Source: Candidatus Latescibacterota bacterium (GTDB lineage: Bacteria > Latescibacterota > UBA2968 > GCA-2709665). From it: a DNA stretch of 64,000 nucleotides. Every line of letters starts with the position of its first letter. Position 1 is the first letter of the stretch. Location: contig CAXXXF010000013.1 in assembly GCA_963667175.2 (NCBI GenBank), forward strand, positions 32,001 through 96,000, given 5' to 3'. A program made the position numbers and the translations under genes. Shown in pieces: positions 23,220 through 32,346 of the stretch. The notes beneath the pieces were generated by a model. It worked only from the letters and a program-made list of their open reading frames with translations. It had not been told where the DNA came from and did not search any database.

Positions 23220-23451
23220 AGATAAATCGCACCTCAAGACACACTGAATCAAGTACATCCTGCATGAGGAATTGGGGGCCCTTCGGCGCCGACCCCCTCC
23301 GGCAAAGCCATGCTTCGTTCATGTTTAACTTAAGTTAAACATAACGCATCCCCAACATGCGTTAAACGTCGGCATCAGGCATTACGGCTTTCCACCGCTC
23401 TCCGCGGCGCGACGATTCTGAACGACGTCCTCAGGTTCAGCGGCGGAGTTA
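23220..23451 (-). ncRNA. Conserved structured non-coding element, copy 1 (candidate ncRNA)
   Basis: Colinear homologue at 42377-42607; several hairpins, including a perfect 22-bp palindrome at 23321-23342. Confidence 0.45.
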
Positions 23452-23469
23452 TTACCAGGAACAGTAAAT

Positions 23470-23497
23470 AGTGGTCAGTGGTCAGTGGTCAGTGGTC
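23470..23497. repeat. Heptamer tandem repeat (AGTGGTC)x4
   Basis: Direct reading. Related reverse units (accactg) occur at ~16205-16235 beside the array. Confidence 0.7.
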
Positions 23498-23751
23498 AGA
23501 AAGAGCAGTTGTCCGCTTCCGTTTATTTTCATGAACTGCAAATAGCCGACATCCAGGCCCACCAAAGAAGAGTGGGAGGATGTAAACAATACGGTGCTCC
23601 CCGTAATAACGTCCACCGGCCCGCCGCGATAGCGCTGTCGAATGTAGGCTTGCTCTTCCTCAAACGTCATGCCGCTGATCTGCTCGCTAAGTTTGTCCCG
23701 GATCAAGCACATCATCCGGACGGCATCGAACGGCTTGTTACTGATTGCCAA
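23482..23751 (-). CDS. Small helical protein (SNKPFDAVxMM..IRD family), antitoxin-like
   Basis: First ~38 aa are nearly identical to the ORF at 42633-42749. TTG start; C-terminal extension may be read-through. Confidence 0.45.
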   Translation of the reverse strand: MAISNKPFDAVRMMCLIRDKLSEQISGMTFEEEQAYIRQRYRGGPVDVITGSTVLFTSSHSSLVGLDVGYLQFMKINGSGQLLFLTTDH

Positions 23752-23760
23752 TGCTCGGTC

Positions 23761-24699
23761 TCACACTGGGACAGCAACGGTAAAGTTACTGTAGTACTGG
23801 TTTTGTTGGATGCGCTGACTTCGATAGACCTCTTCAATCCCTCGCCTGAAAAGGGATGAGCGGGGTATGGGATCTTTAAAGAGATCGTCGAGGGTCAGCA
23901 GAGATTTCACCGTTCCCAAACTCACCAGAGGTGTCCAGATCGGCCAGACGAAATAAGTCTGTCTCCTACCAACCCGGCGAAATCCCGTGGTTCGTGCTTG
24001 ACTTCCAATCAATACCGTAGGAAACCACCGTAATGCCTCAACCGCCAGACTGTTTGCCGCTAACATGGTGCCTTGTCTTGACTTGCTCGGACTTGGATCG
24101 TGCCAACGCAAGGCATACCGCTGATCTTCAATAGGGTCCCAACGAAGACTGCTATACCCTTTGTCCTGGTAATCCCAAGAATGAAAGAGAGTGCGTTGAA
24201 TGTGATCTATACCAACCTTTTTTCGCATTTCCCTGGCATAGAACGGTAATCCTTGTCCCGCACTGTCTCCGCTACGTACCATCCTGAACTTCGAATCCTG
24301 GAACTGTCCACTCTTATCATCGGGATACAGTTCGGTTCCGAAACCAGAGAAAAAATCGGCATCCCGCCGATCGGCAATGGATGAACTGCGCTGAACATCT
24401 CGCAGTTTTTGCGAAAATTTCTCGGCGTCAAAGGGCATCCTGTTGTCGATATCAAAAGCGGCCATTGAGGATTTCTGCAGCGTCTCCAAGAGTTTTTGCG
24501 AGAATTTCTGCTCATCGTCGTCACAACCCACCAGGGATGGCCTCCAACCGCCTTCTGCTTGTTGCCAGCCAAGGCATATTTCCGGGAATACATCTTGCAA
24601 GACAACCGCAGTGCCAACGGCCGCGAGGAATCCGAGCGGGTTGCTGCCGTCGAGTCCGTTCAGCAGAAGACCTGAAGCTGCTGATTCATTTGCCGTCAT
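23761..24699 (-). CDS. cas8g2: Type I-G large subunit Cas8g2 (Csb3/Cas8u2-like), module X
   Basis: GLDGSNPLGFLAAVG N-terminus, LRWDPIEDQRYALRW..P, LAVEAL..FP, FVWPIW. GGAGGAG SD; overlaps the cas3 stop. Confidence 0.8.
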   Translation of the reverse strand: MTANESAASGLLLNGLDGSNPLGFLAAVGTAVVLQDVFPEICLGWQQAEGGWRPSLVGCDDDEQKFSQKLLETLQKSSMAAFDIDNRMPFDAEKFSQKLRDVQRSSSIADRRDADFFSGFGTELYPDDKSGQFQDSKFRMVRSGDSAGQGLPFYAREMRKKVGIDHIQRTLFHSWDYQDKGYSSLRWDPIEDQRYALRWHDPSPSKSRQGTMLAANSLAVEALRWFPTVLIGSQARTTGFRRVGRRQTYFVWPIWTPLVSLGTVKSLLTLDDLFKDPIPRSSLFRRGIEEVYRSQRIQQNQYYSNFTVAVPV

Positions 24700-27658
24700 G
24701 TGTCTCCTCCAGATCGCTCTGCCGCCAGTCGGCGAGTCGCAGCAGGGCTTCCAGCCAGGCCAGGCCCCACCAGCCATAACGCCGCACCAGCCTCCAGTAG
24801 CGATCCGCGACGCCAGAATCGAGGCGCTCAAGGTTAGTAGGACCGGACCAGTGCATCCGATGGCCACTCAACTCGAAATCTACATCCACGCCCTGCTCAT
24901 CAAAGACCACCGGCGCGAACGGTCGACAGTGACCGTGATGGCTGGCTATCAGATGTAGAACCAGGTCGCGCAGACCGTCATCTTCCGGCAAAAGCGCCGT
25001 CGCACGTTCGGCCAAGCGCACCGAAAGCAATTCGTGCCGCCCTCCTTTCGGATACCCAGAGTCCTTACGGGCGCGCTCGCGAACAGCAAACGATCTCGGC
25101 AACCGAGCAGACTTGGCGAATAGCTCTCCGCCCAGCCAAGAAGCTCCGCCCTGCAACCAGGACTGGAATCTATGATCGGCCTTGCCCACGTCGTGCAACA
25201 GGCCCGCCCTGGCGATGGTCTCAACCAGGTCCTTCGGCAAGCCGCAACCCTTGGCATGACAGCGGGCGAACGCTTCGACACCGGGAAGGTGGAGTTGAAG
25301 CTTGACGGGATGCCCGTTGCGGTTCGAAATGCCGGACGCGGCGGCATCGTCCTCGTCGCTGAAGCTGTCGGCTTCGTGGGCGAGTTCAGGAATGCGGCGG
25401 CGTCCGACGAGGACGATACTTTCGCCGACAACTTGGTAGGCGTGGTCCAGTCTGGAGCCGGGGTACTCCCGGGAGAGTTCGTTAGCAGCCTTCCACAGCC
25501 AAGATTGTTCGGCTGGGTTGGAAAGTTCCGCCAGAAGGTCGTGCAGGGCATCGGTAATCACATCCGGGTCGTCGTCGAGCTTCCATTCCATATCGTTCAG
25601 CAACTCACGAGCGGTTTCCTTGGCCGTATCGGTATCCGGCCAAGCGTCCACCAACTTCAGGTGTATGCGAAGTATGGGCTTGGCCCTCGCAAGACGGTAG
25701 GCGCGGTCACCTACGTCCAGGTCCGCGTCCGGCGGCAGGTCTCCGAGTTGACGCGGATCCCCCGGATGGTTGGCTGGGATCACAATAACATCGCCGGGAC
25801 GAATCTTCTTGGGTTCCGCCGTGATGTCCTCCCCAGCTTCCGTCTCGGCCCCCCGCCACCGCACGACCAATCGTTCCACTGTGGACGAACCATTCCCGCT
25901 GACGTCGGCCTGAGTGCCTATTCCTTCCACATCAGCGCTGTCGTCTAGAGCGTCCTCTCCGGCTAACCAACGCTTGAACATACCGACCGGCACCGGGAGT
26001 GTCTCACTGCTGCTCGGCGGGCACAAGGCCAGAAGTCCCAGCGCCGTTTTCTTTTCTTGAACTAAGTCCATATCGGTGCGCCAGCAGACCTGAACATCCG
26101 CCGCGCCTTCACGGGGACCGTGCAGAAACGGAGCCAAATCGGGCGAAGGATTTGGCTCCGGCGCTGTCTGCGCCAAGCAATCGACGTGGGCGGGAAGCAT
26201 CACCGGGGCATCGGCGGAAGGTGCGTTGAGCGAAGAGTCGCCGTCCGGCAGATAGGCGATTCCAAAATCGACCTCGCCATTTTCGTTTTTGTGCTCGTTG
26301 AGCCAATTCCAAGTCTTGGTAAGGGCTTCGCCATACACGGGATCATCACCTTTGTCGCCTTTTTGGTCGCCGCGTATTAGAACCGCCGCTCGCGCATCAA
26401 TTTTCCGTCCCATGCGATTCAACCGGCCAAAGCGCTGGCGCAGGGCGTCGAGGCTCGCGCACTCCGTGACAAGACCATCGAAGTCAAGGTCGGCCCCTAC
26501 TTCCAAAGTTTGAGTGGCAACTACCACTACAGGCTTTTCCAGGACACGTTTTGGGGAGTTGCTGGAATGGAGATGCTGCAAATGCTGCTCAACTACGGTG
26601 TCCTTATCGACAGGGCGCATCCGGCCAGTGAGCAACACCGCTCGGTTTCCGTACTCAGCGGCCAACAGCCGATATGTCTCCCGCGCTGTGGCAACACGAT
26701 TGACGAACACCACGATAGCTCGGCGTTCTTCGTTGACCAGCCCCGATGCGGTTTCGGCCAAAGCACCAGCCAGTACGCTTGTGGCCTGCTTTCCCCTGGC
26801 TCTTTTGATCGTCTTCAAGGTTGCGGGCTTGCGCGCCAACTGGCGGCATCCTAGCGTATGGGCAGGATCGCGGCCTTCGTCGGATTGATCCTCAAATACA
26901 TCATCTATGCCCGGCGGCGGCGTGGCTGACATTACCACGGGATAAAATGGACGACCGAGCGGAGCGTGCGCCCATGTCTGGAAACGTCGGACCGCTTGCA
27001 GGGTCTGTAGAAACGGCTGTGCACAGTGCGCCTCATCAAGCAGAATCAGGCTGTCGTTAGCGACGAGTCCCGCGTAGACCGGCCAGGCGCCGTGGCGGCG
27101 CCCATAAGCACGGAACAACAAGCGGGAGCCGATCTGATCGACGGTCGAGGCTACCACCAACGGTTGCAGAGGATTGCGCGCCCACCCTTCGGACCGGTAC
27201 ATCCCGCCGCGCAATACATGGGCAGTGAGCGGCCAGACATCATGGGAACCGTTCATCTCAGCACCAGCGACCTGCCGGAGATTTCCGGCGACAGTATTCA
27301 GAATGCCCTTCTCAGCCTTCTTCAGTTTCTCGGCCAAACGGCGGGCGCGTTTATGCGCCTCATCAACGATCACGCGCCGGTCTACCACGAAGAAAATGCG
27401 GCGAGGTGCGGTGATGGTCTGTTTCCGGGACAGGCGGGACGCCTGGGCCGCTAAGGCGAACACTGCAATATCCAGGCACGCGGTCTTACCGGAAGCCGTT
27501 GGCAGGGCTATGGCCTCCGGCCATGGAGCTTCTTCCCGTTCCAGGACTCGATCCGCCAACGCCTGCTGCCAGGCGAAGGGCGGATGGCCCCACAACGCGG
27601 CGAAGAATTCGGCGAAGTGGGTGCTATTCAGGTTGGTTTGTCCCATATGTATGCCCAT
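24686..27658 (-). CDS. cas3: Type I-G Cas3 (SF2 helicase with C-terminal HD nuclease), module X
   Basis: LPTASGKT, DEAH, MSAT, QTLEVGADLD, QRFGRLNR; C-terminal LHDVGK, RHE, SHHG, LADW. Start may be 27646. Confidence 0.95.
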   Translation of the reverse strand: MGIHMGQTNLNSTHFAEFFAALWGHPPFAWQQALADRVLEREEAPWPEAIALPTASGKTACLDIAVFALAAQASRLSRKQTITAPRRIFFVVDRRVIVDEAHKRARRLAEKLKKAEKGILNTVAGNLRQVAGAEMNGSHDVWPLTAHVLRGGMYRSEGWARNPLQPLVVASTVDQIGSRLLFRAYGRRHGAWPVYAGLVANDSLILLDEAHCAQPFLQTLQAVRRFQTWAHAPLGRPFYPVVMSATPPPGIDDVFEDQSDEGRDPAHTLGCRQLARKPATLKTIKRARGKQATSVLAGALAETASGLVNEERRAIVVFVNRVATARETYRLLAAEYGNRAVLLTGRMRPVDKDTVVEQHLQHLHSSNSPKRVLEKPVVVVATQTLEVGADLDFDGLVTECASLDALRQRFGRLNRMGRKIDARAAVLIRGDQKGDKGDDPVYGEALTKTWNWLNEHKNENGEVDFGIAYLPDGDSSLNAPSADAPVMLPAHVDCLAQTAPEPNPSPDLAPFLHGPREGAADVQVCWRTDMDLVQEKKTALGLLALCPPSSSETLPVPVGMFKRWLAGEDALDDSADVEGIGTQADVSGNGSSTVERLVVRWRGAETEAGEDITAEPKKIRPGDVIVIPANHPGDPRQLGDLPPDADLDVGDRAYRLARAKPILRIHLKLVDAWPDTDTAKETARELLNDMEWKLDDDPDVITDALHDLLAELSNPAEQSWLWKAANELSREYPGSRLDHAYQVVGESIVLVGRRRIPELAHEADSFSDEDDAAASGISNRNGHPVKLQLHLPGVEAFARCHAKGCGLPKDLVETIARAGLLHDVGKADHRFQSWLQGGASWLGGELFAKSARLPRSFAVRERARKDSGYPKGGRHELLSVRLAERATALLPEDDGLRDLVLHLIASHHGHCRPFAPVVFDEQGVDVDFELSGHRMHWSGPTNLERLDSGVADRYWRLVRRYGWWGLAWLEALLRLADWRQSDLEETHDGK

Positions 27659-29102
27659 CGACCGGAACGAACTGGCCGAGCCCGAAGTGTGCGCCTACTC
27701 CCATAGGGCGTGGAATAACAACCGGATGATCGAATTCAAGCTCGAACCAGCCGGCAGCTCTCCTGGTCCAGCGCCACGTGCCACGTTGGTAGAGGTGGGT
27801 GCGAACCGGCGTGAGCCTGCCGAGCGACCCTGGGCCGGACGTCTGCGTCGCTCGGGGGCGTGCGGCCGTGGTTTCTTCGACCATTCTCTGAAGCTGCTCG
27901 GATGGCGTCGGTCCGCGTCGTCCTCGACGCGCGTGCAACGGCGCTAGGAAGGGCGTCAGGGATCGCCAGCACCGTGACGGCGTCGGCTCCGGGTATGTCT
28001 CGATCACACGCTCGACGACCACGAGGATCGGATAGTCTTCATCGCGGAAGATACGCTGGACTCCAAGCAGGGCGTCCAGCTCTCTTTGGTCGATGCCATC
28101 TGAGCCGTCCGGAAGCCACACAGTGCATCCCTTCAGGTACCCGTCTCCCGTATCAGGCTCCGGCAACCAGAACGCGTGCCGATGCCCCTTTGCGACGTTG
28201 CCATCAGGCTCCCGGCCGGTGAGCCGGCGGGACGGTACTCCAGCGGCGGACTCGAAGCGTGAGGCGGCCTGATCGCGAATCTGCCGAGCTACGCGTACCA
28301 GCTCCGACAGGTGGATCGGAACACGGCGGAACAGGCCGAACCGCACCGCTGCAACGCGTGGGCGCTCCTCTGACGAGGCTACTTGGCGTCGAGCAAGCCG
28401 GGGACGAACGAGCATCGGCGGCAACGCGTAGTCGATCCAGTCCGTGTTCGGAGGTCGCTTTCGACCCTCGACGATCATTGTTTGGACGAGATGGTCTCCA
28501 CCGGCTTCTCCCGCCCAGAGGTCGGGGGCGCAGAAGGCGTCGCGGGTGACCAACACTCGCCGCCGGATTTTGTTCGACAAGGGACGGCCGTCTGCCGGAG
28601 CTACCCTGTGCAAGTGCCTCGGAGGGGCTTCCACAAGCGCGAGGCGGGCCCTCGACTCCGCTCGCCCGAAGTAGGTCATGCGCGCAAGCAGAAGCGGGAG
28701 GCCGCTCCGCTGCCGGGCCGAGAGGGATACATCATAGTCGAAGCAGAAGCATGCGCCGTCATCGCCTTCCGAGAGCACCGCGAAGTGATCGAAGTGTAGA
28801 ACGCGCTTCGGCTCCTTGGTCTCGACGATGACGGGCTGGTAGTACGGAATCTCGGCGAACGACACCGGGGGCAGCCACATCGCCGGAGGCGAGGCCCGGC
28901 CGAGTGCTTGCAGCAGGTCGTCTCGTTCCACTTCCGTAACAGGGGGCGGGTTGGCGTCGAACCAGACAGCGGCCAGACCGCGCAGCAGCCGCCACGGAGA
29001 AGGGGGCCACTCGGGTCCCGCCATCGCGTGCTGCGCCTCGCCCCAAGGATGCGCGTGGTAACGCCCCGACAGCAGGCTCACTTGGACGATAGTGCGTGAC
29101 AC
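27624..29102 (-). CDS. csb2: Csb2 (Cas5/Cas6 fusion), module Z
   Basis: GRYHAHPWG..EWPPSPWRLLRGL, YFGRAES, HRHAFWLP, WRSLTPF, GVGAHFGLGQF glycine-rich loop. Confidence 0.9.
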   Translation of the reverse strand: MSRTIVQVSLLSGRYHAHPWGEAQHAMAGPEWPPSPWRLLRGLAAVWFDANPPPVTEVERDDLLQALGRASPPAMWLPPVSFAEIPYYQPVIVETKEPKRVLHFDHFAVLSEGDDGACFCFDYDVSLSARQRSGLPLLLARMTYFGRAESRARLALVEAPPRHLHRVAPADGRPLSNKIRRRVLVTRDAFCAPDLWAGEAGGDHLVQTMIVEGRKRPPNTDWIDYALPPMLVRPRLARRQVASSEERPRVAAVRFGLFRRVPIHLSELVRVARQIRDQAASRFESAAGVPSRRLTGREPDGNVAKGHRHAFWLPEPDTGDGYLKGCTVWLPDGSDGIDQRELDALLGVQRIFRDEDYPILVVVERVIETYPEPTPSRCWRSLTPFLAPLHARRGRRGPTPSEQLQRMVEETTAARPRATQTSGPGSLGRLTPVRTHLYQRGTWRWTRRAAGWFELEFDHPVVIPRPMGVGAHFGLGQFVPVDGHTYGTNQPE

Positions 29103-29105
29103 GAA

Positions 29106-30233
29106 CTACTTCCCGTAGGTGACGGTGGTCTCAAGTCCCAGTTCGAGTTCTTTCAAGAGTTCCTCAAAGATCGGCGGGTCCGAGAGGAGGCCAGTCAGGC
29201 CGCCGTCACATGGAGGTGTCACAAGCCTCTCCAGATCCAACGGGCTATTGTCCCCGAACGGGGCGCCCTGCTTCGACCCTGACCAACTCACCGACCCGAC
29301 CGCCAAGGAGCAATCGGCACGCAGACGGAGGGCGCCCATCGTGTCACCGGTACGGGCGTCGAATGCCGGCCCGTTCGTGAGGAACCGATGGATCTTCCAG
29401 AGGGCCAACGCGAGCAGGAAACGCTGGGCCGCGCAGTTGCCGGAGCCGTCGTCGGAACCCGCCTCGTCGGGCGCCGCGACAAGCGACCGTTCCCGAAGCG
29501 CCAGCACGTCGATCTCGAAGGTGGCCTGAATCGACTCGGAAACGTAGCGCTGCTTGTGAGCAATGCTCTGGCCCTTGTTGCTCTTCTTGGCAGCTGACGA
29601 CTCGGGCTCGATGCCGTCGACCTTGACGAGCCCATAGTGGACCTCGCCGTCCTCTGCGAGAGTCGCCTCCAGCCGCGCGTGGAGCAGGCGGGCAGCACGG
29701 AGGCCGACGGCCTCCCACTGCATGAACTGGAAGCCGTGCAGTATCGCGGCCGGATCCAGCGCGAACACGGCCTGAGTGAGTTTCTCGCGGCCGTCCAGCG
29801 GCCAGGTCTTGCCGTCGAGGCGGAGGTGCTCCTCCAGCTTCTCCTGTAGGGTCGTGCGGTCGTTCTTCGCAGGTTGCGTCCCGTTGACATCGCTCTCGAG
29901 CACGTATGACGAAGCGACCCGGTGGGGTTCGGTGAGGTTCGTCGCCAGAATACGGTTCTTCTTATCCATGACCCGGATGACAGGCAGTTGTGCGGCGAGC
30001 GGTTCCCGCCACACTCCGGGGGACCGCATGCAGACGGCCTCCAGCCGGTTGGCCATGCTCTGCTCGCTCTCAACCAAGCATCGGCGTTTCCCCTTGCCGT
30101 CGGTGTAGACACAGGCTCCAATGTCCGGGAACCCCGTCGGCTGGAAGAACGAGCCGTTCGCAAGGTGAAGCTTGGCCGAGATCAGGACGCGGTCTTGGTC
30201 CAGGAGTACGTCCACGAGGTTGTTGTCAGACAT
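29106..30233 (-). CDS. csb1: Cas7g/Csb1 backbone subunit, module Z
   Basis: FQPTGFPDIG, LVESEQSMANRLE, EPHRVASSY, DPAAILHG, LRLRADC. GGAG SD before ATG 30233. Confidence 0.88.
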   Translation of the reverse strand: MSDNNLVDVLLDQDRVLISAKLHLANGSFFQPTGFPDIGACVYTDGKGKRRCLVESEQSMANRLEAVCMRSPGVWREPLAAQLPVIRVMDKKNRILATNLTEPHRVASSYVLESDVNGTQPAKNDRTTLQEKLEEHLRLDGKTWPLDGREKLTQAVFALDPAAILHGFQFMQWEAVGLRAARLLHARLEATLAEDGEVHYGLVKVDGIEPESSAAKKSNKGQSIAHKQRYVSESIQATFEIDVLALRERSLVAAPDEAGSDDGSGNCAAQRFLLALALWKIHRFLTNGPAFDARTGDTMGALRLRADCSLAVGSVSWSGSKQGAPFGDNSPLDLERLVTPPCDGGLTGLLSDPPIFEELLKELELGLETTVTYGK

Positions 30234-32346
30234 GAGCAGTCTCCATTTCGGGGTTGGTGTCTGATTCGCGAGAAGTGGACGGCACAAGCAGGGTGTCTGC
30301 GAGGCACGCCACACTTTCTTCTGAAACCGGAATGAGCACGGCCGCAGCCATCAGCTCTGCCTGCTTGGATGTGAGACCGACGTCGGGTTGCGCCACGCTC
30401 TTCCCGCTCGGACGAACGTCGTCCGGCCAGTTACCCGGCAAACCCGCTATACGCAGTCGGCGCAGGGCGGCGTCGCAGGCAGCTGCAACCGAGCTCGCGG
30501 TACCGGTGGCGATGCCTCGCGGCACGTCACCGTCCATTGGTCGCCGCTCGCCCGGCGTCTGTCGGGCCGACAGCTCGAGCCAGAGTCGAAGTGCGGCGTA
30601 GACAGGCCCGGCCGGTCGATTCGCAGAAGCCGGCGGCGGCGCATGTCCACTCCCATCCAGTACCAGAAAGGCCAGGAAGTAGCGTTGTAGATCCTTCACC
30701 GGCACGTCACCGCGGAGCAGAGCGACCACGTCGGCGGCGGCGGCGGGACGAGTTCCCCTTGCCGGAAGCACCGGCAGGCTCGCGGTATCGAGCCACCTGC
30801 GCCAGAGCAGCGTCGCAAGCTCTCGGGCCGGATTGCGGCCGGGTTGCGGAACGCGCTGTGCAGGCGGAGGGTCTGGAACGCGGAGTCCGCGTTGGCCGTC
30901 ACTTGTCACGGACATGAGCTGTTCGATGACCGGCATCCGGACCATCTGCCCATTGTCATCCGGCACGGCGGCCCAGCCGAGGGAAGCAAGGGCCCATCCG
31001 AGACGGGCGGCAGGTGAGTCCGCCAGAAGCTCCGACAGCACCCGTCCCCACGCGCGCCCTTCCAGCAGCGGTACCGGGCGGAAAGTCGCTTGAGATCCAG
31101 GTCGCTCCGATACCGTCGTGTACAAGGTGACTTGGAGATTCCACAGCGCCTTCAGCACGTTGACGCGGTTCGCGTCTTCAGGCACGTCGATGGCGGCGTG
31201 GACAGTCTCATCGAAGCGCGTCTTGGCCAGTGCCAGCTTCTCGGAGCTGTCGTCCACCCTGCTCAACCGGAACTTCTCGATCCATCCCGAATCGTCGAGC
31301 GGTGCGAGGAGGAACCGCAAGCTGTCCCGTGCAGCCGACGTCGGCCCGACCTTTGTGGCCCCGCGGGAGACCGCTTGGTTCTGAGGGGCCTTCTGGCCGG
31401 GTTTCCTCGGTTCGAGGGCAAAGCGATGAAACGCATCGAACGCACCCGTGATCGCCCTGCTGGCGACGGCTCGTCGGAAATCGGCTGCACCGGAAGCGAA
31501 GTCCCTCTGACCGACTCGTGCCTGGAAGCCCCGCACTTGCGCCTGGAACTCGGACAGCGTCCTGGGATGGTCGCTGCTCCAAGTCGGAAGGAAGACCTCC
31601 TGCGTCTCTACCATTGAGCCCTGGGCCCGGATGACAGAGCCCGGAAGAACGAATGGAAACGCAGGATAGGAGCGGCGTGAGCCGCGTGGTGACCTGGCGG
31701 CGCCACGCAGGAGCAGCAGGCCTCGCATCGCGAGGATATAGTCCCAGTTGCTGAGTGGCTTCTTGGCCTCATGGATCCAAGCGGCCCCGGTGGCATAGCG
31801 CTTGATACCCTCGGGGAAGAGTAGGCCACCACCTCTCTTCAATCGGCCCTTGGGCACGCGTTCTTCGCTGAAGACCGCAGAATCGATGTCGGCCTCTGGA
31901 GCCTGTTTGGCAGCTTCCCGAAGGGTATTGAATTGGTTCGCTCTCCCGCCAATAGCTTGCCCCCAGCTACCGAGGACGGGATTCGGTTGGGGCAGTTCTC
32001 TGCCGACATAGACGCCGATAGCTTCGGCGTCTACTGCCGCAGCCGGATCGAGCTCCGTCCAAACCGAGGGATCCTTCAGTGGTGGATCACTTCCGTCGGC
32101 CTTTGCGAAGGTTCGCCCAGTTTCATTCGCCCAGTCGACCAGTAAGGCGAGTGCACTCCGAACCTTCTCATGCTGCGCTTCTGAACTTACGTTTTTAAGC
32201 GCTGGAATGTCGGTCTCGAGCGCACCCGCCGATGTCCACCAGAAGCGAGCATCCGACCACGCTACGCCGACGCCTGCCATGACACCATAGCCTTTCAACA
32301 TCGCGCCAAGCGAGGCCGTCGATACGCCCGGGAACTCGACCGTCAT
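30226..32346 (-). CDS. csx17: Divergent Cas8g1/Csx17 large subunit, module Z
   Basis: Sits between cas3 and csb1; 706 aa. WDYILAM.GLLL, AFPF, EVFLPTW, FHRF and ALRRLRIAGL motifs. ATGA overlap with cas3. Confidence 0.8.
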   Translation of the reverse strand: MTVEFPGVSTASLGAMLKGYGVMAGVGVAWSDARFWWTSAGALETDIPALKNVSSEAQHEKVRSALALLVDWANETGRTFAKADGSDPPLKDPSVWTELDPAAAVDAEAIGVYVGRELPQPNPVLGSWGQAIGGRANQFNTLREAAKQAPEADIDSAVFSEERVPKGRLKRGGGLLFPEGIKRYATGAAWIHEAKKPLSNWDYILAMRGLLLLRGAARSPRGSRRSYPAFPFVLPGSVIRAQGSMVETQEVFLPTWSSDHPRTLSEFQAQVRGFQARVGQRDFASGAADFRRAVASRAITGAFDAFHRFALEPRKPGQKAPQNQAVSRGATKVGPTSAARDSLRFLLAPLDDSGWIEKFRLSRVDDSSEKLALAKTRFDETVHAAIDVPEDANRVNVLKALWNLQVTLYTTVSERPGSQATFRPVPLLEGRAWGRVLSELLADSPAARLGWALASLGWAAVPDDNGQMVRMPVIEQLMSVTSDGQRGLRVPDPPPAQRVPQPGRNPARELATLLWRRWLDTASLPVLPARGTRPAAAADVVALLRGDVPVKDLQRYFLAFLVLDGSGHAPPPASANRPAGPVYAALRLWLELSARQTPGERRPMDGDVPRGIATGTASSVAAACDAALRRLRIAGLPGNWPDDVRPSGKSVAQPDVGLTSKQAELMAAAVLIPVSEESVACLADTLLVPSTSRESDTNPEMETAHV

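Noticed and set aside
23313-23340. Possible dif/XerCD site (TTAAGTTAAAC resembles the XerD arm)
   Set aside because: XerC arm match is poor, no recombinase is nearby, and the palindrome with G-U-compatible variation fits a hairpin better. Not excluded.
23220-23451. Retron msr-msd, tracrRNA or CreA-type mini-array explanation for the conserved element
   Set aside because: No reverse transcriptase in the window, no terminal inverted repeats, and no convincing similarity to the CRISPR repeat by eye.
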